NCBI GenBank assembly: GCA_918797485.1
Contig: CAKKNE010000005.1
Location: forward strand, 3,782,001 to 3,846,000
Direction: 5' to 3'
Source: Pelagomonas calceolata
Lineage: Eukaryota
DNA length: 64,000 bases
The first letter of the stretch is position 1; the number at the start of each line of letters is the position of its first letter. The position numbers and the translations under genes are program-made. Below are positions 1 through 9,991 of the stretch, in pieces. The notes under the pieces are model-generated. The model made no database searches and was not told the DNA's origin. It was given only the letters and a program-made list of their open reading frames with translations.

Positions 1-195
1 CATCTCCTCCGTCGCCTCGATGCCGACATTTGCGAAACGCGGATTGATCGTGCGGCCCGACTCGTCGCACGCGCTGATGCCTTTGCCGGCCACAGCGATG
101 GCTTGCACCGTGGACTCGAGTGCAGCAGCCTTGTCGGGTGCCAGCCAGTGGCGTCGCTCGTCGGCTCCTGTGCCGATGCAATGGTGTGCTGCCAT
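1..195 (-). CDS. Class I fructose-bisphosphate aldolase, N-terminal part (runs off window)
   Basis: Manual translation from ATG 195: MAAHH...QAIAVAGKGISACDESGRTINPRFANVGIEATEEM resembles the class I FBA motif GKGILAADES...RF..IG.E.TEE. Not in the ORF track. Confidence 0.8.
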   Translation of the reverse strand, partial: MAAHHCIGTGADERRHWLAPDKAAALESTVQAIAVAGKGISACDESGRTINPRFANVGIEATEEM

Positions 196-355
196 GTGCA
201 AAGTTTTGTGCTGCAGCTAATGTTGCGAGCGGTACAAATGTAGAGCGGCAGCGCGTGCACGTATGCGCGAAGATTCACTACGAGTGACTTGCAGCACGTA
301 GTACTGCACTAATCGTATTCGTATCCGTCAAAGACGTCACGCAAAAAAAATCAGT

Positions 356-375
356 GCTAGTGTGTCATGTCTAGC
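356..375. promoter_or_regulatory. CTAG-bipartite upstream element (degenerate copy)
   Basis: gctagtgtgtcatgtctagc, about 160 nt upstream of the FBA ATG. Confidence 0.5.
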
Positions 376-567
376 TGTGTCGCACGCTTGAACTCGCACT
401 GTGAGCCTGAGCTTGACCAGTAACCGGTTTAGACGATTTAAGAGGCATCAGAGAGGAAGGAACGACGACGAAGGCCGTGAACGCGGCTGCCCGTCGCGCC
501 GTGCCAGCGAGCCACACCCCCCGACGCCGTCGCCGCAGAAGTAAACGGAATAAAAGACAGTTAAGAG

Positions 568-2048
568 CTAGGCCTCGAGCGCCTTCTTGTGCATCATCGT
601 CTCCTTGTTGATGAGGTAGCACGTCGTCTCGACCAGCGACAGCATCTTCGAGATGTCCGAGGCCCAGTCCTGGAGCACCTCGTCGGGCGACTGGGGCTTC
701 GCGAACACTATGATACCCTTCGGCCGGTCGATCTTCGCGTACAGGCCCGAGTCCGAGACCATGTCACTAACATGTTTTTCAGCTTCATCGACACTAAGTC
801 CAAGTAAGTTCGCCAGCCGCGCCATGCTGAGTTGTCGATAATAGCCCGAGACGACCCTAATGTTATGTTGTATCACTCGCTCCCTCAGTGTATTTTTCCA
901 CCGCTGATGGATTTCTGCACCGGCCGTATGAAGCGCGGGGTGCGCCTCGACGGCTCGTTGGTGCTCCTCCGTTAATGGGTAGGCTACTATTTCCTGAGTA
1001 GTGAATAACGTGAGCAAATGTTTCGCTGTCGGTAGTTTCTCCAACTTGGGAGCAGCCGTCGCGTCGGCCAGGACGCGGTGCATCATGTCCGAGACGCCAG
1101 GAGCATGTTGACTGAGAGCCAGGAACAGCGCTGTGGAACTGAGAGCGTCGCGCCACGACGCCTCGTCGTCCTGGACCGTCTTCGTATTAAATATGGCCCA
1201 GAAATTTTGCGCGAGGTCAAAAGGCGCGTCTTCGAGGACGTGGTACTCGCTCATGAGCTTGTAGAACCGCACCTTCAGGTCCTGGAGGTCGTCCTCCTCC
1301 AGAGTTTTTCTCTGCACTTTCTTCGAGAGGATGTAGGCTCGGACCCGATCGCCCTTCGCGAGCATGAGTCGCACCTGGTCCAAGATGTAGTCGACCTTTT
1401 CTCTCTTTGATAATGCGCCGTACCTGCGTTTGATGTGCGTCGTCGATGGCGTCGATGGCGACGCGATGCCTCCACGCACGCCATCGCGCGCGCGTCGACG
1501 CGACGCGTCCACGTCGTAGAAAGGACGCCGAGAACACACGTCTCCACGTTCACGTCCTGGAGAATATCAGCAGCGGAAGCCACGTCCCCCTGGCGCTCCT
1601 TGAGCGCGGACAGCATCCTCGTGAGCTTGGCGCGCTCGGCCTCACAGTACATCTTCCCGTCGGTCACGTCGCAGAGCGTCTTGAGTAATTCCTCCCTGGT
1701 GGCATCGTCGAGCTTTACGGAAGTGTCTTCGAGCTGCTCCAGGCCCTGGGCGACTATTCCCGTGATCGCTACTTTTGACTGTGATCTTCTCTTGGCGAGG
1801 AGTTGCGAGTTCGCGATCAAATGGCTCCAAGCCTGCTTCTCGCGACATAGCTTCAGAATAGCGACGCACACATTCTTCGTCGCGATGGCGTCGTTCGACA
1901 GGCGGCACTTTTTTTCGCACTGCAGCAAGGCCTCGACGACGGCGGGGTCGTCTAAATTACTGGAGACTTCTAAGGCTTGCCTGGCCTTGGCGATCTCCTC
2001 TTCCGCGAAGCCCGTGCGGTCGACCTTTTCTTGCGAGCGGATGGACAT
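568..2048 (-). CDS. RPN5: 26S proteasome lid subunit RPN5/PSMD12; join(2048..1540,1423..568)
   Basis: GKMYCEAERAKLT and a C-terminal PCI domain (HNIRVVSGYY, AKIDRPKGII). GT-AG intron 1539..1424 restores VETYGAL. Confidence 0.93.
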
Positions 2049-2230
2049 GGTCGTCCTACGCGCGCGGCTGTGGAGGGTCTGAGTCTATTCGGTCTAGGGG
2101 TACCGCGGCGCAACGAGAACTGGCTGCGCGGGTCAGCGGTGCTGGCGCGGCTTCGCGCTGACCAGCTGAGCGCTATTTGCGATGCAATTGGCTCGCGCGC
2201 GGGCCGTCAAAGTCTGTCTGCGAAAGGCAG

Positions 2231-2252
2231 GCTAGTGTCTCACACCGCTAGC
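2231..2252. promoter_or_regulatory. CTAG-bipartite upstream element
   Basis: gctagtgtctcacaccgctagc in the divergent RPN5/LHC intergenic region. Confidence 0.65.
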
Positions 2253-2390
2253 CCACCGCGGTTCTGGTCCTATGCGTGGGGTTTTACGGCTCCACCGACC
2301 ACTGCAGCAATCGCATTCACCGGAAGCGTCCAAAAAATCGCAAAAACCCGGACCCGCAGCTTGGCTCGAGATTGCGGTAACAAAGCAAAA

Positions 2391-3590
2391 ATGAAGCTTG
2401 TGGCCGCTCTTGCGCTCTCGAGCGCTTCGGCGTTCGTCGCGCCGGTACGTTGCGCAGCGTCTGCGAAAATCTGGTTGAAATCGAGGCCGTAGACGCTGAG
2501 TTAGAGGGCCGGATGTCGAAGCAGAGGATCGAGGGCTTAGCGCGCCGTCGGCGGCTCCACCGATCCACGTGATGCGTGGCCACCATCCGCGGCCTCCACT
2601 GGACTGGTTACGAGCACCATCGGCCTGCGACGAGCCGATCCAAGCGTGCCAGCGGGTTCTCTGCCCCGACGTCGTGGAAGCCGCGAACCTAGCAATCCCG
2701 CCCCCGGCGCGGTGGAGCGGCGTTGCGGGCCCGGCACGTGAACGTGTGGCGCCCGACGCCGTCGACGCGGCCGAGGCGCGGCGGGATTTGTGAGACGCGG
2801 CTTTCCGACGCGCCGGGATCAGGCCGACGCGGCTGGAACCCGGCCGCATGGCAGTGATACACAAACCGACGGGAGAGCACGTTGACACACACATACACAA
2901 ATCGAAACCTCACCTCGTCCACGAACGCAGGCCGCCCCGGCCGCGCGGCCCGCGCCCCTCGAGGCGAAGAGCCCCGCCGTGCTCGACGGCATCGGCGCGA
3001 CGGCGCCCTTCGCCGGCAACGGCAAGTGCTGGGACCCCGTCGGCTTCACGGAGCGGACCGAGGACTCGCTGATGTTGTGGTACCGCGCGGCCGAGCTCAA
3101 GCACTCGCGCGTGGCCATGCTCGCGTGCACGGGCTGGCTCGTGAACCAGTACGAGCTCTACTTCCCGGGCAACCTCGCCGCGGGCAAGGCCTTCGCGTCG
3201 CTCGGCAAGAACCCCCTCGAGGCCTGGTCGGCGACGCCCTACGACGGCAAGGTCCAGATTTTGTTCGCCATCGGCCTCGCGGAGTTCCACAGCGAGTTCG
3301 GCACGTACAAGAAGCACTTCACGCGCGGCGGCCCGCTGCCGGGCAACCAGATCGAGCGCACGGCGAGCGGCTGGCAGGACGTCTGGGGCGGCAAGGTCCT
3401 CAACATCCCGTTCGGCCCCGAGGACACGGACGCCAAGTTCCGCACGCAGCAGAACGCGGAGCTCAACAACGGCCGCGCCGCGATGATCGGCATCATGGGG
3501 TTTTCGGCCGCGGCGCTCGTGCCGGGCTCGGTCCCGGCGTTGGATGGGTTGGACGGCGTCGTGGCCCAGGGCTGGACGATCGGCGCCTAG
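2391..3590 (+). CDS. Light-harvesting complex (fucoxanthin-chlorophyll a/c binding) protein; join(2391..2444,2931..3590)
   Basis: Signal peptide plus ASAFVAP plastid leader; WDPVGF, AELKHSRVAML, ELNNGRAAMIG. 486-nt GT-AG intron 2445..2930, phase 0. Confidence 0.93.
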
Positions 3591-3791
3591 GCGAGGCGCT
3601 GAAAAGGAATTGCTGACGTGTTTGGTTTCGACGAATGGGCGCGAGCGGTGGCGGAGTTCCTCCCCTTTCGCGGCGGGTAAAGTGTCCAGTTTATACTTCG
3701 TCGCTTAGAGCTCGGCCGCCTAGGCGGCCTAGCCGCGGAGCCGACGCCGGCCCATATACTTCCGCGGGCTAGGAGTGGCGACAGGACGCCT

Positions 3792-6700
3792 CTAGTTGTA
3801 CGCGAGGTAGCCGATGGCGAGCGTCTGCAGGCCGCAGATCACGATGAAGCCTCCCAGGTCCGCGGCGCCGCCCATGTCGCTCTGGCCCAGGACGCAGTAC
3901 AGGAACGTCGCGGCAGTGGGAATGAAGAGCTTCTTGAGCATCGCCTTATCCTTCTGGTTAATGGCCTGGAGCTTGAGGATGGACAGGAAGCAGTGGTTGA
4001 GGCCCCACATGCCCCAGAACCAGCGCTTGGCGTCGGGGTTCGCGATCGCTAAGGCGGAGATGAGTTCCTCGTCGCCGGGGAGGATCGCCGTGCGAGGGCC
4101 GTCGTAGCTCGCCGACCCGCGGTGCCGCGGCGGTGGCACGCCGTCGAGGCGACTCGTTTCCGAGAATCATGGCGCTGGGTGGTTTCTTTTTCGAATTTGA
4201 GGCCGTTCGGGCGAGCCGGGGTCGGTTTTCGCGGAGCACTGGTGAAACTTCGAGAACGGCGCCCGAGAGCGGTCTCCACGGCTCGCGGCGCCGCGGCGGA
4301 CGCCACTCGATGCGTCGACGCCGTCGCCGCGCTCCGGGACGCCTGGAGCAGCCGCGTGGGCCTCGAGCGGTGGCGACGCGGCCGCGGACCGGAGCGGTCG
4401 GCGTCGTTGCGGTGCGCAGCGCTCGGACGGCGTCGAGCAACAGTGAACGGTCCACCTCTACGCCATCGACGCGACGCGTGCGGCGTAGAGCCACGCCTGG
4501 GTTGTGCTGGCTGCAGAGGCATGCAGCTCCTTGCGGCGCTACTGGTCAAACAGAGCATTTGGTATTGATAGCTGGCCTCGACGCGACGTCCTGCAAACAC
4601 CGCTTTGGATGAGTGGTGATCGATGCGGCTCGGTTGACTCGATTGCCCTCTGCTGCTGTCTGCTCTCAGTGTTGATGGCTCAGCTCTGACGAGCCGCAAC
4701 ATTTCGTTTCTCTCAATTGAGGCTAAAACTCGACCAACGCACGCGGCATGGGCCGCATCGATGCGCGCTGAGTCTAAAACGCGCCGCCGTCGCATGGCGC
4801 TCAGTTGCGCACACCACTCTTGGCTGGCACTGCTGCAGCCCTGAGCGCCGCGGGCCTGCGGGGACACAAGTGACGCGTGCCGTCGAGAAATGTTCGCAGC
4901 GCAGCCTATCTCTGCTCGTCTGCGCGGCCGGACATCTTTGGCCGCCGCGGGCGGCACGGCGCGTCGTCCACGCGCCAACAGTCAGGCGACCCTCGCCGTT
5001 GAAAATTCGGGAGGCCGTCCAAGGCTAGGTGAGTGTGGTGGCGGCGCGGTGAAATGTCATCGGGAGTGAGGGATGGTCGCGACGCGGCTCGGTCGGCGCG
5101 CTCTGACGAGACGCAAGCGCGTCGAGGGGTATCGAGAACGTTGGGAGGACGTGGTAGCATGGCGAGCTCTGATTGTTGCCCGACACCGTCCGGAGACGAT
5201 CGGTAGGACATCTCGGACGCATGGGACCTGCGGGACCACCACATCCAGTCGAGTTGACGAGACCATCATCGTCTCCTCTCGAATTCGACGTGCGTTGTGG
5301 TTCAGATGGAGTGAGGTGAAGCCCGCGGAACCGCCGCGCGCTTAATTTGTCGCGATCTTCACAAAAGCCATTGTCGACCACACCAGGGCGTGATGGCCGC
5401 GAAGGAGGTGTGCGGTGGACGCTGGTGCGAGCGCGGACCTGGGGGAATTTGTGAGGGCCTGGGGGAAGTTGTGGTCTTGAGACGCCGCGTTGGGCCTTGG
5501 AGCGACGCGACCGTCGGACTCGTGCCTCGGGTGCCTAGCAAGATGTGTTGGGTGGGGTGTTGTGTTGCGGCATTTCGTTTCTGGGGACGCTTCGGTGCCG
5601 GAGACGCATCTTGCTGGCATGAGGTCATGCGTAGAGGCGCGGTCTTGCTGGCATCGAGGACGTCGCGGGCTTCCGTTGCATTTGTTGGGGAACGACGGCG
5701 GTCAGCGGCGGGCGCGAGGCATGATTTCTCGCGAGCGGTCCGTCGTGTTGAAAGGCGCGACGTCGTCGACGCGTTTTGTGGCGAGGGGTGGTGATGCGGC
5801 GGGCGGGGAGGTGTGATTCCATCGCGTCGAGGCCGGCGCGACGCTTCGCTGACGACGACAGGTCTGATTTAGTTGTTGTAACGTGTTTTTGCTTGGTCTC
5901 GGAGTGCGTGAGCGGGGTCTCGGAGGTGTGAGCGGGGGCGGCCCGGGGGACGCGTGCTCACTGAGTTTAGGGTGAGCTCAGACGTCCCGGGGGCACGATT
6001 GAGCGGTGGTTCAGAGCCGTGCGGAGCCGTGGGAAAATGGAGGATCCTCCCGCCCAAAATGCGATTTGACATCGCGACGAACGCGATGCCGAAGTTCAAG
6101 GCCAAGGCCGAGGCGGCCGAGCACGACCCGGTCGACTGGGGGGTCGGGGCGCGAGCGAAGCACAAAGGGGAGGGTCGCGAGGCCATCTACTTCTCGCCCG
6201 GCGGTCGCCTCTACGCGACGATGCCCGCCGCCCTGAGGCGCATGGACGAGGGCCCGAGGCTGCCCACGCGTTCGGAGCAGATCAAGGCCGCCGGCGGCAT
6301 CAAGGCTCGGCTGGCGTTGTGCCTCTCGCGAGCGACGCTCCTGGCGCCGGACGAGGTCGCCTACCGGCGTCCGACGCCATCGACGCGACTCACGCCATCG
6401 ACGCGACTCACGACTCACGCAGGCGAGTGCCATCCAGCTCCTGCGCGACCGCTTCGCCGCCTACCCCGAGGTGCGGTCGTTCCTGGCGGCCTACGACGAG
6501 CCGCACCGCACGGTCCAAGACAAGGTCGCGGCCCTCCTGACGCCGACGCGGCACCACGTCATCTCGCGCGCGCAGCATGCTCGCGTCTGTTACGATGGTG
6601 GGCTCGCCGCGCTCGGCTTCGGCGTGCTCAAGGCGCGACCCGCCGCGGGCAACGGCGCACCCATCGTGGACGACGACGGCAACCAGCTCTACATCGGTGG

Positions 6701-8672
6701 ACGCGTGGCGTCCGTCCGTCGCACCGATGATTCGTATGAGGGAGCCGTGTCGCCGCCGCGCCGATTATTCGTCGACGTGGCGGAGAAGCGCCGCAAACGA
6801 GCTCGGCCCACCTGATGCTCCCAGGTGGGCCGTGCACGCAGAGCGTTGAGGACCTGTCAGTGATGACGATCGGGTCCGAATCTCGTGGCGCGGCGCCGGC
6901 GTCCATGATTCCGCGAACGCGCGCCTGATCGCGACCTCCGCAGGTGCCACGACGGTGGCACCGCCCGGCCGCGCAGCCCGCGAGCGCGGCCGACCAGCTC
7001 TCTGCGCGAACGTCCTGGGCGAGTTCGTTCGTGCTCTTCTTCCCCGCTCGGCCTCACGCCGGGGCGGGCCGGCCCGTGGGCTCCACGCCCCTCCGGGTCC
7101 GAACGGTCTTTTTCTTCGAGGCCGTCATGTTCCCCCTGCACTGTTACCCCCACATCGTCCTCTTACTACCCCGCGTGTCGTTCCTCTCTCCCCAGCGCTC
7201 ATAAGGAGTTCGCAGTCGACACAACAGCAATGATTAGCAAAGACTAGTCGCCCAGACCGCCGCATTCGCTGGCGTAGGACCTCGCCGCGAGGCGTACGCG
7301 TAGGCCTCGCCCAAGCCTGACCGCTGGCGCAGAAACATGGGTCAGAATGACCGATAGACGACGATGATCCCCGCGCCGTTCGTTTGAGAACCAGAGCGCT
7401 CGTCGGATGTACGGCTTATAATGCCTCGGACCAGATGCTCCCCACAACGCGCATCCGATAGTAGACGAGTCCCGCCAGGCATCTATATCTGCTACAACGC
7501 CTCCGCCCGCGTCGATGGCGTACAGCACGTCGCCCCGCCGCCGCGACTGGTACCGTAGCCTCCCACAAAACCTTGTCGTGTAATGTTAAGCTGCACCCGC
7601 CAGAGGCGCGGCTCCGAGCACCCATCAATGGCCTCGTCCGCGTCGACGGCGTCGACGACGTCCCGCCGTGGCCTCAGACAGTCGAAAACGCCGCGCCACG
7701 AGCCGTACGTATACGCCTCGTCCGCGCCTGGGACAGCTTGACGGCCGCGCGACCGTCGCGGCGTCAGCTTCTCTTCGATAGCTCGTCCAAGCGGGTTCTG
7801 ACTTTCTACTCCTCGACCTCGGCCCGATCCCTACACAAGTGATCGTTGTCAACGGATTCTGACAAAGCTACGCTCCACCGTCCACGTCATGGACCGGCCG
7901 TCAGCGCGCCGAGCCTCCAGATCCCATCCAGGTCCGCCGCCGCGTCGACGGGCGTGCCGGGCCTCGGTACCTACACCGCCGCACCCGTTCCGGCGCCGTT
8001 CTCCACCGTAGACCGCCGAGGGTCCTCGCGGCCTCGTCGGAGCCGCGGACGGCGCCCGCGCACGCTCAACGGCCTCCAGAGCATCCGAAAACACCGGCGC
8101 CGCATCGACGGCGTCCAATGCACCCACCGCGCCGCTCCGGACCGCCCCGACACCACCGTACGCCCCAGAACCGCCGCGACGCCCGCCCGCGACCGAATCA
8201 CGCCGAAACGGCCTCAAAATCCAAAAAGAAACCACCCACCGCCATGATTCTCGGAAACGACGTCGCACGACCCCCCCAAAGCACGAACGGACCGCGCCGG
8301 CGGCCGCGGGCGCCTCGCTTTCCGCGCTCTGCGTCCCCCGGAAGAATCGCCGTGCCCTCGGCGACGATGTCGCGGCCGGCCGGGAGCAGGATGAAGCCCG
8401 AGGAGGCGAGGCCGACCCAGGTGGCCTGTGTGCAATTGCGTTTTCTTGTCTCGAGAACGCGGAAATCTTGGTGAGCAGCGAGCAGGCTCAATGATGACGA
8501 AAGAAACTATCGGACTGCAAAAAGTAGACTTCCGCGCGGCTTAGCTTGCAATCTGCTCGACGTCCACGCCCCCGCCGCGCACGGAGAGCGCCTGTTTCGA
8601 GTGCAGGCTGCTGCTACGCGTCCGCAGTGCGGCCGCAGACGTGAAAAGGGCTAAGGTGGCAACGAGCTTCAT
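3792..8672 (-). CDS. Small signal-peptide multi-TM protein (163 aa); join(8672..8550,8425..8333,4067..3792)
   Basis: Exon 1 MKLVATLALFTSAAAL...LSVRGGGVDVEQI; GC-AG intron 8549..8426; exon 2 ATWVG...TAILPGD; GC-AG intron 8332..4068; exon 3 ELISALA...GYLAYN*. All junctions are phase 0. TAILPGD is encoded at both ends of the large intron. Confidence 0.7.
4154..4213 (+). repeat. GGGTGGTTTCTTTTT repeat family, left arm
   Basis: tcgtttccgagaatcatggcgctgggtggtttctttttcgaatttgaggccgttcgggcg; inverted copy at 8201-8260 and a diverged copy at about 31470-31580. Confidence 0.9.
6059..6815 (+). CDS. Hypothetical protein with N-terminal MBD-like segment; join(6059..6355,6423..6815)
   Basis: PVDWGVGARAKHKGEGREAIYFSPGGRLYATMPAAL resembles the MBD pattern W...Y.SP.G. 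A 67-nt GT-AG intron (6356..6422) joins two ORF-track frames in phase. The start could also be ATG 6086. Confidence 0.6.
8201..8260 (-). repeat. GGGTGGTTTCTTTTT repeat family, right arm (inverted)
   Basis: Reverse complement matches 4154-4213 with 5 mismatches. Confidence 0.9.
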
Positions 8673-8752
8673 TATGAATAGTAGTGAAGAGTTTGAGGTA
8701 TTAAGATGGCAATGGTGATGAGAACCAGCTCCAAAATCCGAGGGAGTGAGGA

Positions 8753-8774
8753 GCTAGCGTCGTAAGACACTAGC
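8753..8774. promoter_or_regulatory. CTAG-bipartite upstream element
   Basis: gctagcgtcgtaagacactagc between divergent ATGs 8672(-) and 8976(+). Confidence 0.7.
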
Positions 8775-8818
8775 CCGTTAACAGCGCACCGAAAAAGCTG
8801 CCCCCGCAGGCTACACAG

Positions 8819-8964
8819 TCTCTGGACCGTCCAGGAGAGTCGACCGCGGCTACAAGTCTCTTCTCCGTCCAGGGGACTCGACACGGCAGCCTCTCTGCAC
8901 CGTCCAGGGGAGTCGAGACGGCAGCCCAGACGACACGTCTCTGCACCCCGTCCAGAGAAATCGA
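8819..8964 (+). repeat. Four degenerate ~26-bp direct repeats
   Basis: tctctg(c/g)accgtccagg(g/a)gagtcga-like units at about 8819, 8857, 8891 and 8938. Confidence 0.75.
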
Positions 8965-8975
8965 GGCAGCCAACC

Positions 8976-9755
8976 ATGGCCATGCTCGCGGCCATGCGCC
9001 AGCTCCTGGAAGAAAAACGCCGCCTGGAGAAGGAAACTACAACCGACGACGCCTGGGCGACGCGTCCCGGGCCGGGCGCGTCCGACCTCGCACCCGGTCT
9101 AGAAGCCGCCGTCGCGGCCTCCCGAAAGTTCGCCGCCGAGGCGCGGACGCCGCTGTTAAGAGCGAGACGGAAGTGCTGGTACGACGCTGAAATTCAAAAA
9201 CCGGTCATCCTGCGAGATTTGCTTTCATCAGATGACGTCGCGAAGCTGCGACGCATGCGCGCCGCGCTCGAGGCCTCCGGGCGCACGCCGCACATGTTCC
9301 GCGATACTACAGAAGAATCGAACCACGCCGTCTGCTACTTGCACTACGACGGCTTCGCCCAAAGAACGGAACCGGAGTTGATGGAAAGGCTGCTGGCCGC
9401 GATGCGGGCCCACGCGCCGTCCGTCTGGCCGCGGTCGACGCGCGAGTTGCGGGTGAGGTGCATCGAGTTGCACACCTACCAGGCGGGCGGCGGCTTGTTC
9501 CTGCCGAGCCACCGCGACAACGACTCCGTTTTGACGCTCAGTTGTCGTGTGTCGGAGGACGGCGCCTTTGGTGGAGGGCGCTTCGTCACGTACGACCGCG
9601 GCGCGCCGGTGGCGCACCGCCTCGACCAGGGGTCCGCCGTGCTCTTTCCCTCGGAGAAGCTCCACAACATCGAACGGGTGGAACGCGGGACGCGCGAGTC
9701 CCTCGTCATCGAGCTGTGGGAGGGCGATACGAACGGCGTCGATCGGTTTAAGTAG
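8976..9755 (+). CDS. 2OG-Fe(II) oxygenase (prolyl-hydroxylase-like)
   Basis: HRD...F.GG.F...H.IERVERGTRESLV (HxD..H..RxS). Confidence 0.85.
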   Translation: MAMLAAMRQLLEEKRRLEKETTTDDAWATRPGPGASDLAPGLEAAVAASRKFAAEARTPLLRARRKCWYDAEIQKPVILRDLLSSDDVAKLRRMRAALEASGRTPHMFRDTTEESNHAVCYLHYDGFAQRTEPELMERLLAAMRAHAPSVWPRSTRELRVRCIELHTYQAGGGLFLPSHRDNDSVLTLSCRVSEDGAFGGGRFVTYDRGAPVAHRLDQGSAVLFPSEKLHNIERVERGTRESLVIELWEGDTNGVDRFK

Positions 9756-9991
9756 GGGTCTTGTGTTTTTCGACGTCGTGCGGCGCGTCCATACGGCGAT
9801 CGATGTCAGCCAGCCTCTGTCAGGCTCTGATGCAGATTGGACAGCCTCCAAACACGCTGTCTGTGCACTGCAATCGCGTACTTGTTGGACTCCCAGCAAG
9901 GGGCGTATCATCACCTCATTCGTGCGTCGTGTCGGCAACAACCGACATCTCTGCGCGGAGCACAAAGCAAAAAACCGCAGCTTAGCTGTCC

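Larger units (their letters stand above)
4068..8332 (-). mobile_element. 4.27-kb intron / composite element bounded by 60-bp inverted repeats and enclosing a gene
   Basis: IR 4154-4213 versus 8201-8260 (55/60 identical); direct repeat 4071-4093 versus 8333-8355; no transposase recognised inside. Confidence 0.6.

Noticed and set aside
3700..3780. CTAG pairs between convergent genes as another promoter element copy
   Set aside because: They lack the GTAAGACAC core and have different spacing.
6860..6928. Possible C/D box snoRNA (GTGATGA...CTGA)
   Set aside because: No convincing terminal stem or rRNA-antisense guide was recognised, and such boxes are expected by chance.
4480..8150. Transposase or reverse transcriptase inside the IR-bounded segment
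   Set aside because: No long ORF with DDE, HUH, tyrosine-recombinase or RT motifs. ORFs such as 4049..4978 and 6857..7153 are low-complexity shadow frames.
8819..8964. Spaced repeats as a CRISPR array
   Set aside because: The repeats are degenerate, the spacers are short and unequal, the context is eukaryotic and there are no cas genes.
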